Below are positions 28,143 to 34,388 of a stretch of DNA of 41,127 nt, one piece after another. Position 1 is the first letter of the stretch. Each line of letters opens with the position of its first letter. A program made the translations under genes and the position numbers. This DNA is from a virus. Where the stretch lies: IMG/VR virus record IMGVR_UViG_3300030497_000005; one strand, written 5' to 3'. The notes under the pieces were generated by a model that saw nothing but the letters and a program-made list of their open reading frames with translations, was not told the DNA's origin and ran no database searches.

Positions 28143-29294
28143 ATGTTTAGAATAGGAGCTATTGATAGTGGATTTGATGCATTAAAAGGCTATATCGGCG
28201 GAGTAAAAGAAGAGAATAAGGTTTATATTCCGAACGTAATTAAGGAGCTGAATAGAGACGAATCTTTAGGATCTGGAGAAGGAGCAGCAATTGATGAATT
28301 GCATGTTAGGGTAACGAGTGATGCTCTTACTACAAAGAACAATACCAGCTATGCAGTGGGGAATTTCGCTTCTCGCTTTTCAACAGCAGATCAAGGAGCT
28401 GCTACAGATAGAAAAGGGGATTCAGACCAAACAATTATTTTAATTCTTACAGCCCTTGCTTTAGATGCAGCTACATGCGGTCAATTCAATCAAGAATCAG
28501 ACTTGATAAACGCAAAATACTTATTAAGCACTGGCTTACCGATTGACGAAAGTAAGAAAAAAGGAGCTCGTAAAGCATTTGCCAGCAAGTTAAAAGATGG
28601 GATGCACCAAGTCCAATTTTTAGAGACTCCTGGTCTTAAAGGTAAAACAGTAAGAATTTCCTTCGAAGATGTATATGTAAATTCTGAAGGCCATGCAGCA
28701 ATGGTTAACTTAACAGTAAGCGATGATTTTAAAACGAGAAATGAAGATCTTTTACAAAAGAATGTGCTCCTTGATGATATGGGAGGAATAACAACTGATT
28801 TTGCAGTCATAAGAAAAGGAAGTATCGATAATGAAAACTCAGAGGGTATTCCATTAGGAATCGGTGAGACTTTAGATGAAATTATCCGTAAAGTACACAG
28901 TGAGCACCGTTACCGTTTTAAAACTAGACGTGACCTAATTAATAACATTACAAGGGATGAAAAAGCATATATTGTTCGTCCTCAAGTCGAGGAAGTAGAC
29001 ATAAAGAAAACGGTAAATGATATCCTTGAAGTATTCGCACAAGAACAATTCATTGAAATAAAAAGAATGTGGAGCAAAGTAAATGATCTGGACGTTATTA
29101 TTTGTGTAGGTGGAACAGCATACTTATTAAAAGAATTTATAGAGGAATTGAATAGCAACATTAACTACCCTATACAGTTCGCAGATAGTGCAGAAGAAAG
29201 CATTTGGAGTATTGCTAAAGCTTATTATAAACTGCTATTCCTTAAAGCTAAAAACGCTGGTTATACAGAAGAACAATTATTAGTTATAGGATGA
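28143..29294 (+). CDS. parM: actin-like segregation ATPase (ParM/Alp family)
   Basis: Actin-fold motifs: phosphate 1 GAIDSGFDALKG, phosphate 2 LLDDMGGITTDFAVI, adenosine ICVGGTAYLL. SD GGAG followed 9 nt later by ATG 28143. Confidence 0.85.
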   Translation: MFRIGAIDSGFDALKGYIGGVKEENKVYIPNVIKELNRDESLGSGEGAAIDELHVRVTSDALTTKNNTSYAVGNFASRFSTADQGAATDRKGDSDQTIILILTALALDAATCGQFNQESDLINAKYLLSTGLPIDESKKKGARKAFASKLKDGMHQVQFLETPGLKGKTVRISFEDVYVNSEGHAAMVNLTVSDDFKTRNEDLLQKNVLLDDMGGITTDFAVIRKGSIDNENSEGIPLGIGETLDEIIRKVHSEHRYRFKTRRDLINNITRDEKAYIVRPQVEEVDIKKTVNDILEVFAQEQFIEIKRMWSKVNDLDVIICVGGTAYLLKEFIEELNSNINYPIQFADSAEESIWSIAKAYYKLLFLKAKNAGYTEEQLLVIG

Positions 29295-29674
29295 TGATAA
29301 TGAAAGAACTCAAGGAATTAAAGCCTGGATCTAATGTTTCAATAAGAATACCAGTAAATACTTCAGAAGAAATCCTAGAATTCATTAATCAGCCTAGAAA
29401 TATAAACAGAAACAAATACTTATCAAATTTACTTTTTTCAAAGATCCAAGAGGAAATGGCAGATAAGGGGAATACCATTTCCCTTACTTTGCCTTTTTCT
29501 GTTTCACCAGAACAGCGTAACATCATTCAGGACCATTTGAAATCTTTATTCCTTGTGATGAATGGTGGCAGCACCAAAGAAAAAGAACCATCAGAACCAA
29601 ATAAAGAAAGCATAGACTGGTCAGAATTAGAAAAAGTTAATAAGCTTATTGAATTTGACGACGATGATGAATAG
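29291..29674 (+). CDS. putative centromere-binding adaptor (ParR/AlpR position)
   Basis: Overlaps the parM stop; 127 aa; acidic C-terminal tail EFDDDDE. The call rests on position only. Confidence 0.45.
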   Translation: MMIMKELKELKPGSNVSIRIPVNTSEEILEFINQPRNINRNKYLSNLLFSKIQEEMADKGNTISLTLPFSVSPEQRNIIQDHLKSLFLVMNGGSTKEKEPSEPNKESIDWSELEKVNKLIEFDDDDE

Positions 29675-29686
29675 GAGCCATTCTAA

Positions 29687-29839
29687 ATGAGTCTTAATAA
29701 AGTAAGTTCATTCCTGTATAAAGCAGCAAGCCTTCTTCGTGATGTTAATGCCGTCCAAAAAGGCACAATAGGTAAACGTGTAGCCAGAAAAACTACAGGA
29801 AAAGCCACTAGCAAATTACTAGGTAAGTTGTTCAAATAG
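29687..29839 (+). CDS. 50-aa basic protein (not in ORF track)
   Basis: MSLNKVSSFLYKAASLLRDVNAVQKGTIGKRVARKTTGKATSKLLGKLFK. SD AGGAG lies 8 nt upstream. Last gene before the terminator. Confidence 0.45.
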   Translation: MSLNKVSSFLYKAASLLRDVNAVQKGTIGKRVARKTTGKATSKLLGKLFK

Positions 29840-29846
29840 AATCGAT

Positions 29847-29879
29847 GAAGAAATGGCAGCAAAGCCGTTTCTTTTTTTT
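29847..29879 (+). terminator. terminator of par operon
   Basis: GAAGAAATGGC / GCCGTTTCTT stem followed by a T8 run. Confidence 0.7.
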
Positions 29880-30014
29880 AACTAAATAATTTTACGCGTT
29901 CAAAGATATATAGAAAATTATAATACATTCATTAAGATGGCAAAAGCCCTATAGAAGTACGTTAATACAAATGTCTCTTGCCAACTGAACGCGTAGAATT
30001 AATAGACTTATAAG

Positions 30015-31007
30015 TTAACTAAACATCATTCTAAATTGGTCAAATACGTTTCCTTCCTCAGGCTTGTCCAGCGTTCTAATTTTATAATCAAAGGCATTAC
30101 TAACCCATTTTTGAATAAGACCATTCATGTTATCAATATTTTTAACGGTTTTAAGCATTTTAGAAATAGCTAAAGAAAACTCATAGTCATTAATTGCAGA
30201 GGTATCATCATTAGAACATTTTGGTTCAATATAACCTTTGTTAACTTGGTAAAAGTAAGCATCTTCAATTAATTGAATTTGAACAGCTGATAAATTAATA
30301 ATATTATCCACCATCATAACCTTAATCTTGTTCTTTAAATCTTGAGGTATCTTTGAATTCCATAAAATATTATATTTATCTACTACACTATGATTATGGT
30401 TAAGATTATTTATATTATTATTATTATTTATGTTTTTATTTATATTACTTATTACTTGTGTTCCATTTTGGAACTTCCCGAAGTTTGATTCTGGAACTTC
30501 CGGGAAGTTCGTATTTGAAACTTCCGAAGAACTTTCAGTTTTGATGCTTGTCTTTTCACTTTTTAAGACAAAGTTCATCTTATGGATTTTTTGTTTCTGT
30601 TTACGTTCTTCAATGCGATTTTTAATTTTTTGCTTCATTTGTTCATCATCGTTTATCATCAGTTCAGCAACAGCATCCCAAAAAATATGTATATATCTAG
30701 TTGTCTTTCCAGTTACTAATCTTTTCGTATGCCTTTTTAGCAAACTATGATCTTCCATTTCTTTGAATATCTTAGCTTGCTTACCCTTTTTCAAAGTAGT
30801 CTCCATTTCACAGTCTTCTTCTGTCCAATAAAACATATCATCTTGCAGCTTATTTTGTTCAAACCATCTTTTATATTGGTTGATTGTTTCAGCGAGTAAA
30901 ACAGCGAAGTCAATACCAAATTTACGAGCAATCAATTTATTTACTGGAACAAAAGCTGAAGCTGACATCCAATTTATTGCTAACATTTTAGAATCTATAT
31001 TTGCCAT
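30015..31007 (-). CDS. plasmid-type replication initiator (RepA_N-like)
   Basis: The N-terminal region (FVPVNKLIARKFGIDFAVLLAETINQYKRWF...FYWTEEDCEMETTL...IFKEMEDHSLLKR) resembles the winged-helix RepA_N/DnaD-like initiator layout. The central region is a low-complexity poly-Asn linker carrying DNA repeats. SD GGAGG followed 8 nt later by ATG 31007. Confidence 0.65.
   Translation of the reverse strand: MANIDSKMLAINWMSASAFVPVNKLIARKFGIDFAVLLAETINQYKRWFEQNKLQDDMFYWTEEDCEMETTLKKGKQAKIFKEMEDHSLLKRHTKRLVTGKTTRYIHIFWDAVAELMINDDEQMKQKIKNRIEERKQKQKIHKMNFVLKSEKTSIKTESSSEVSNTNFPEVPESNFGKFQNGTQVISNINKNINNNNNINNLNHNHSVVDKYNILWNSKIPQDLKNKIKVMMVDNIINLSAVQIQLIEDAYFYQVNKGYIEPKCSNDDTSAINDYEFSLAISKMLKTVKNIDNMNGLIQKWVSNAFDYKIRTLDKPEEGNVFDQFRMMFS
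30470..30534. repeat. three iteron-like repeats inside rep gene (candidate origin)
   Basis: GGAACTTCCCGAAGTT (30470), GGAACTTCCGGGAAGTT (30493) and GAAACTTCCGAAGAACTT (30517) at a 23-24 bp period, each internally palindromic. They are flanked by the AT-rich tract 30395-30460. Confidence 0.65.
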
Positions 31008-31064
31008 AAAAAAAACCTCCACTAATTTTTGTGAAGGAAATTCGCCAAGTTTTAATAAAAACTC

Positions 31065-31093
31065 TAGACACTAAAATAAAATATGGGTATAAT
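31065..31093 (+). promoter_or_regulatory. promoter of antisense RNA
   Basis: -35 TAGACA (31065-31070), exactly 17 nt, -10 TATAAT (31088-31093). Confidence 0.55.
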
Positions 31094-31099
31094 TAACTT

Positions 31100-31228
31100 A
31101 ACTAAATTAAGTTAAATCATTTCCCCTTACTTTGGTAGGTGAGTGGCGAAATTCCTTGGAAGCTCTGATGTTTGCCGCATCGAGCTTCTTTTACTTTATA
31201 ATTCCTGTCCATTGAGACAGGTTTTTTT
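31100..31228 (+). ncRNA. candidate countertranscript antisense to the rep mRNA leader
   Basis: Bounded by the promoter above and by two plus-strand intrinsic terminators. The first is GAAGCTCTGATG / CATCGAGCTTC followed by TTTT (31159-31192). The second is CCTGTC / GACAGG followed by T7 (31204-31228). No ORF. It lies wholly within the rep leader. Confidence 0.5.
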
Positions 31229-31258
31229 ATGTATTTTGAATTACTTGTCTTATGTATT

Positions 31259-31287
31259 AGTATATGTATTTTTCGCGCATTTTGCAA
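31259..31287 (-). promoter_or_regulatory. rep promoter
   Basis: On the minus strand: -35 TTGCAA (31287-31282), 17 nt, -10 TATACT (31264-31259). This gives a leader of about 245 nt to ATG 31007. Confidence 0.55.
31270..31285. promoter_or_regulatory. CGCGC box A (TTTTCGCGCATTTTGC) inside rep promoter
   Basis: 15/16 identical to box B at 34045-34060. Confidence 0.45.
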
Positions 31288-31309
31288 GAAAAAATTAAAG
31301 AAGGATTTA

Positions 31310-31543
31310 TTATTTATACTTCATTAAATCCCACAACTCAATTGGTTCTTCTCCTTTTTCTGCAGCAACCTCATTTAAAACATGCAAAATATTTTCTAAA
31401 GTATCAATATGAACACGATCTACATTATTATTTTTAAGTGCATATACAGTCTTGGGAGCAACTCGCGCCAATGTAGCAACCTTATTAGGTGTAACATTAA
31501 GTTTTTTCAATACCTGATTTAATGTAAATTCGATTTTTTTCAT
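31310..31543 (-). CDS. small XRE-type HTH regulator (CopR-like position upstream of rep)
   Basis: LNQVLKKLNVTPNKVATLARVAPKTVYALKNN is an HTH motif. SD GGGGA followed 5 nt later by ATG 31543 (track start 31603). Confidence 0.7.
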   Translation of the reverse strand: MKKIEFTLNQVLKKLNVTPNKVATLARVAPKTVYALKNNNVDRVHIDTLENILHVLNEVAAEKGEEPIELWDLMKYK

Positions 31544-31651
31544 CATAATCCCCATAATGTGACATAATTTGACTAATACATAATTTTTATAACAATATAC
31601 CATATTTAACTAATAAATTATATAACTATCAACAATGTTATAAAATATAAG

Positions 31652-31680
31652 TTGCAAAGTTTGCCTTTAGGGGTTAAACT
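31652..31680 (+). promoter_or_regulatory. promoter of receptor gene
   Basis: -35 TTGCAA, 17 nt, -10 TAAACT. Confidence 0.4.
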
Positions 31681-31715
31681 TTTAATTACAAAAATATGGT
31701 TAGGGAGGGATTTTA

Positions 31716-32849
31716 GTGGGAAGTAATTATTTGGACAAGCTAAAAAACGATGCCAAAAAATTTGGTTTTACATATGAGAAACTTGGCAAGTATTTAGGAG
31801 TTAGCAAAGGACAAATATCCCACTATTTCAGTCTTAAAAACCATATATCATTTGATAAATTTGTTGAGCTATTAAAATTAATATATGATGACACAAATGT
31901 TATTTCTAATTACATAGCAGAGTATGCATTAAATATTGATGATTTGGGCGATGTAAGAGCTGCTACAGAATTTCTAGATAGTCATGGCAGAGAGGACCTA
32001 ATTAAACAAATAATAAAGAAGTATGCTGATGAACCATATCTGAAAGTATATAAGGTTATAGCGGAACGTAACGAGGGTATTTTAAGCGAAAAACAAGTGT
32101 ACTGGGAATTAGAAAAACTGAAATCAATAACTCCTGAAGAAAATAATGAAACCAATCTTTTAATTAACGTCAAATCTTTATCATGTTGCATTAATTTACA
32201 AGCTGTTGGCATGGTGCATATTTTGGCAGAAGATCTTTTGGAATTGATAAAATCAATTCCAAACCAGTATATCAAGGAATCCCTTGAATTAAAGATACTA
32301 GATACTGTTGCAAGGGCTCACCAAAAACAATCTGAATTGGAAATTGCTATTGATATTTGTAATGATGTTATAAAACGAAGTGAGAACTATCCTTTGGAAA
32401 AAATATATATGTTGAACTTATTGAGTGAAATACATGTTTTTAGTTCTTATGAAAAAAGTATTAATTATAATAAGAAAGCGCTGGATTTATACAATAAGTT
32501 AGGTTCAGGAACCAATTTAAGATTTAAAGATTTATTAGAATCCACTCATGATTTTATAAAAATATTCCATGAAGATTATGAGGATTTATTTCTGACAGAT
32601 CCAGCAGAAAAAGCTTACTATTTAGTATCTAACGGAAATCCAGAAGACCTTAAAAAGGGTATATCATTATTGGAACAAATGAAAAGTAAAAACGGAAAAC
32701 TTTCCCCTCAACAAGAATATTACTACGCACTTAGCCAAAATGATTTAACTCTTATGGAAGAATCATTATTAACTTTCGAAAAAGCAGGCGACATTTTTTA
32801 TTCTAATTTACCCAAAAACCATTTAATAGGAAAAAAGAATCATCTTTAA
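31716..32849 (+). CDS. aimR: AimR-like (RRNPP-type) peptide receptor / transcription regulator
   Basis: 377 aa with an N-terminal HTH (LGKYLGVSKGQISHYF) and an all-helical TPR-like remainder. Followed by a secreted propeptide gene. By eye it resembles phi3T/SPbeta AimR in size and layout. Confidence 0.65.
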   Translation: MGSNYLDKLKNDAKKFGFTYEKLGKYLGVSKGQISHYFSLKNHISFDKFVELLKLIYDDTNVISNYIAEYALNIDDLGDVRAATEFLDSHGREDLIKQIIKKYADEPYLKVYKVIAERNEGILSEKQVYWELEKLKSITPEENNETNLLINVKSLSCCINLQAVGMVHILAEDLLELIKSIPNQYIKESLELKILDTVARAHQKQSELEIAIDICNDVIKRSENYPLEKIYMLNLLSEIHVFSSYEKSINYNKKALDLYNKLGSGTNLRFKDLLESTHDFIKIFHEDYEDLFLTDPAEKAYYLVSNGNPEDLKKGISLLEQMKSKNGKLSPQQEYYYALSQNDLTLMEESLLTFEKAGDIFYSNLPKNHLIGKKNHL

Positions 32850-32909
32850 CAAATGTTAGAAAAAATACAAATTTTTTGACTTTATTGCTATCCGCGTTAA
32901 AATCACTTG

Positions 32910-32918
32910 TGATATAAT
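32910..32918 (+). promoter_or_regulatory. extended -10 element TGATATAAT upstream of propeptide gene
   Basis: Perfect TGnTATAAT; overlaps the ATG at 32917. Confidence 0.45.
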
Positions 32919-33123
32919 GAAAATACGCGCGAATAGTAATAAAGTTAGTGAGGTGCTTTTCCTGAAAAACAAAATTAAAAAAGTCATTATCGGTACATTG
33001 TTAGCTGCAACGTTAATCACAGGTTCTTTCGTATCATCGGTACAAGAAAAACAACAAACAGCTTCAGCTGATTATCATGAAAGCTTTGATAAAACAGCAG
33101 ATCCTGGTGGCGGAAGAACTTAA
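32917..33123 (+). CDS. aimP: secreted signalling propeptide (AimP-like), C-terminus ...ADPGGGRT
   Basis: Lys-rich n-region, hydrophobic core VIIGTLLAATLITGSFV and polar tail. The probable real start is CTG 32962, 6 nt after SD GTGAGGTG (53 aa). Confidence 0.6.
   Translation: MKIRANSNKVSEVLFLKNKIKKVIIGTLLAATLITGSFVSSVQEKQQTASADYHESFDKTADPGGGRT
32926..32940. promoter_or_regulatory. CGCGCG box D (CGCGCGAATAGTAAT)
   Basis: Located at the predicted +1 of the propeptide promoter. 13/15 identical to box C. Confidence 0.45.
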
Positions 33124-33149
33124 TAAAACAAATATATCTTAATATGTTG

Positions 33150-33185
33150 AAAGACATCATACATTTGGTATGGTGTCTTTGTTAA
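33150..33185 (+). terminator. terminator after propeptide gene
   Basis: AAAGACATCATAC / GTATGGTGTCTTT 13-bp stem with a 5-nt loop. Confidence 0.65.
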
Positions 33186-33196
33186 TTTAAAGAGAA

Positions 33197-33232
33197 GTTT
33201 AGTCATTTTAAGAAAATGAAAAAACACTAAAC
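33197..33232. promoter_or_regulatory. candidate receptor operator GTTTAGT-N22-ACTAAAC
   Basis: 7-bp inverted repeat with a 22-bp spacer, located between the propeptide terminator and the 52-aa ORF. Confidence 0.4.
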
Positions 33233-33250
33233 GAATGAGGGGATTCAATA

Positions 33251-33409
33251 ATGCATACATTACCAGATTTATTAGTTGAACTTTGTAAACAAAACAAAAT
33301 TAATCCAACAGCATACATAAATCAAGGAGCTATAGATGTTAATGAGATAATAACATCTTTAGTTGATAATGGAATAGCATCAGAAGAGACTTTAAAAGAC
33401 CTCATATAA
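33251..33409 (+). CDS. 52-aa ORF in AimX position (not in ORF track)
   Basis: MHTLPDLLVELCKQNKINPTAYINQGAIDVNEIITSLVDNGIASEETLKDLI. SD GAGGGG lies 8 nt upstream. Confidence 0.5.
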   Translation: MHTLPDLLVELCKQNKINPTAYINQGAIDVNEIITSLVDNGIASEETLKDLI

Positions 33410-33411
33410 AT

Positions 33412-33453
33412 AAAAAAAAGAACATTTTCCATAGGGAGGTATGTTCTTTTTTT
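33412..33453. terminator. bidirectional terminator (AimX-position ORF / CI-like gene)
   Basis: AAAAAAAAGAACAT / ATGTTCTTTTTTT stem. Confidence 0.8.
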
Positions 33454-33455
33454 AT

Positions 33456-33806
33456 TTATTTGTTTAAAAGTGCTGAAATAACTTTTTTTAAATTATCTGC
33501 TTGTTCTTCAGTAATTGGTTTGCCATCATATGTTAGTGTACTGGAATTAAGAATATTTTTAAGTTCATTTATATCCATTGTAGTTTCTTCGTCAGTATTA
33601 CCAGTTAGGTAATCAACTGTGGTTTCTAATATTTCTGCTAATCTAACCAGAGCATTTCCATTTACTTTACGTCTACCAGTTTCCCATCCAGTTAATGTAG
33701 ATCTACTTATATCAAGAGTATTTAATATATATGGAATTTTGATTTTATGCTTCTTGCGTAAGTATCTAATTCTGTCTCCAGTTATTGATTTGTAGTTTTC
33801 CTCCAC
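33456..33806 (-). CDS. CI-like XRE repressor (no S24 peptidase domain)
   Basis: ITGDRIRYLRKKHKIKIPYILNTLDISRSTLTGWETGRR is an HTH motif. 116 aa. Divergent from the Cro-like gene. Confidence 0.8.
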   Translation of the reverse strand: MEENYKSITGDRIRYLRKKHKIKIPYILNTLDISRSTLTGWETGRRKVNGNALVRLAEILETTVDYLTGNTDEETTMDINELKNILNSSTLTYDGKPITEEQADNLKKVISALLNK

Positions 33807-33895
33807 TTCACATTCACTCCTAAAACATTATTAGACATTTTATGTTATGTTGTAGTACTTTATCTAGCATCAATATGGATTAATACTAAATATAG

Positions 33896-33913
33896 ACTGT
33901 GTATATACACAGT
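33896..33913. promoter_or_regulatory. 18-bp perfect palindrome ACTGTGTATATACACAGT (operator candidate)
   Basis: Read directly. A third half-site-like copy, TAGACTCTGTAT, follows at 33914-33925. Confidence 0.55.
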
Positions 33914-34040
33914 TAGACTCTGTATGGACATTTTATATTCTTATTATATTATCTTCAAAATGCGGTCAATATGCAATAAAAATATGTTTTTTGAATAAAA
34001 TTCATTTTTTACAAAAAACATATTTTTTATTCAAAACCGC

Positions 34041-34069
34041 TTGATTTTCGCGCGTTTTGCGTGTATATT
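34041..34069 (+). promoter_or_regulatory. early (cro-side) promoter
   Basis: -35 TTGATT, 17 nt, -10 TATATT. The spacer contains box B. Confidence 0.5.
34045..34060. promoter_or_regulatory. CGCGCG box B (TTTTCGCGCGTTTTGC)
   Basis: Located in the spacer of the early promoter. Confidence 0.45.
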
Positions 34070-34110
34070 TAAATGTATAATCATTCAATGTACATAAAGG
34101 AGAACGATAA

Positions 34111-34305
34111 ATGGGTTCTGCCAAGAAGAGAATAATTTTAATAAATGAACGTGAAAAAAGAAAATTATCTCAAACTGAAGTAGCTAAATACATTGGTATT
34201 AATGTAATGACATACTCTAATATTGAAAGAGGTGTTAGAAATCCAGGATTAAAAACAGCCATTAAGATTGCAGACTTTTTTAAAATTGATATTAAAAAGC
34301 TGTAA
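34111..34305 (+). CDS. Cro-like XRE HTH regulator (64 aa)
   Basis: REKRKLSQTEVAKYIGINVMTYSNIERGVRNP is an HTH motif. First gene of the rightward early operon. Confidence 0.8.
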   Translation: MGSAKKRIILINEREKRKLSQTEVAKYIGINVMTYSNIERGVRNPGLKTAIKIADFFKIDIKKL

Positions 34306-34332
34306 TTTTTTTTAAATAATATTAGCGCGTTT

Positions 34333-34347
34333 CGCGCGAATATAAAT
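34333..34347. promoter_or_regulatory. CGCGCG box C (CGCGCGAATATAAAT), preceded by GCGCG-TTT-CGCGC hairpin
   Basis: Read directly, in the gap between the cro-like gene and the next ORF. Confidence 0.45.
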
Positions 34348-34388
34348 TATTGCGATTTGTCAGTATTTGTAGATGGGAGGAATTCAGA

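Noticed and set aside
28490-28810. Minus-strand 106-aa ORF inside the ParM-like gene
   Set aside because: It is a shadow ORF antisense to a gene with clear actin-fold motifs.
30470-30534. Iteron repeats as a mini CRISPR array
   Set aside because: There are only three imperfect copies with 7-8-nt gaps instead of spacers, no leader or cas genes, and they are located inside a coding sequence.
30430-31074. Plus-strand ORFs 30430-30750 and 30880-31074 antisense to rep
   Set aside because: No SD, Phe/Leu/Ile/Cys-rich nonsense-like products, and they overlap the well-supported initiator gene.
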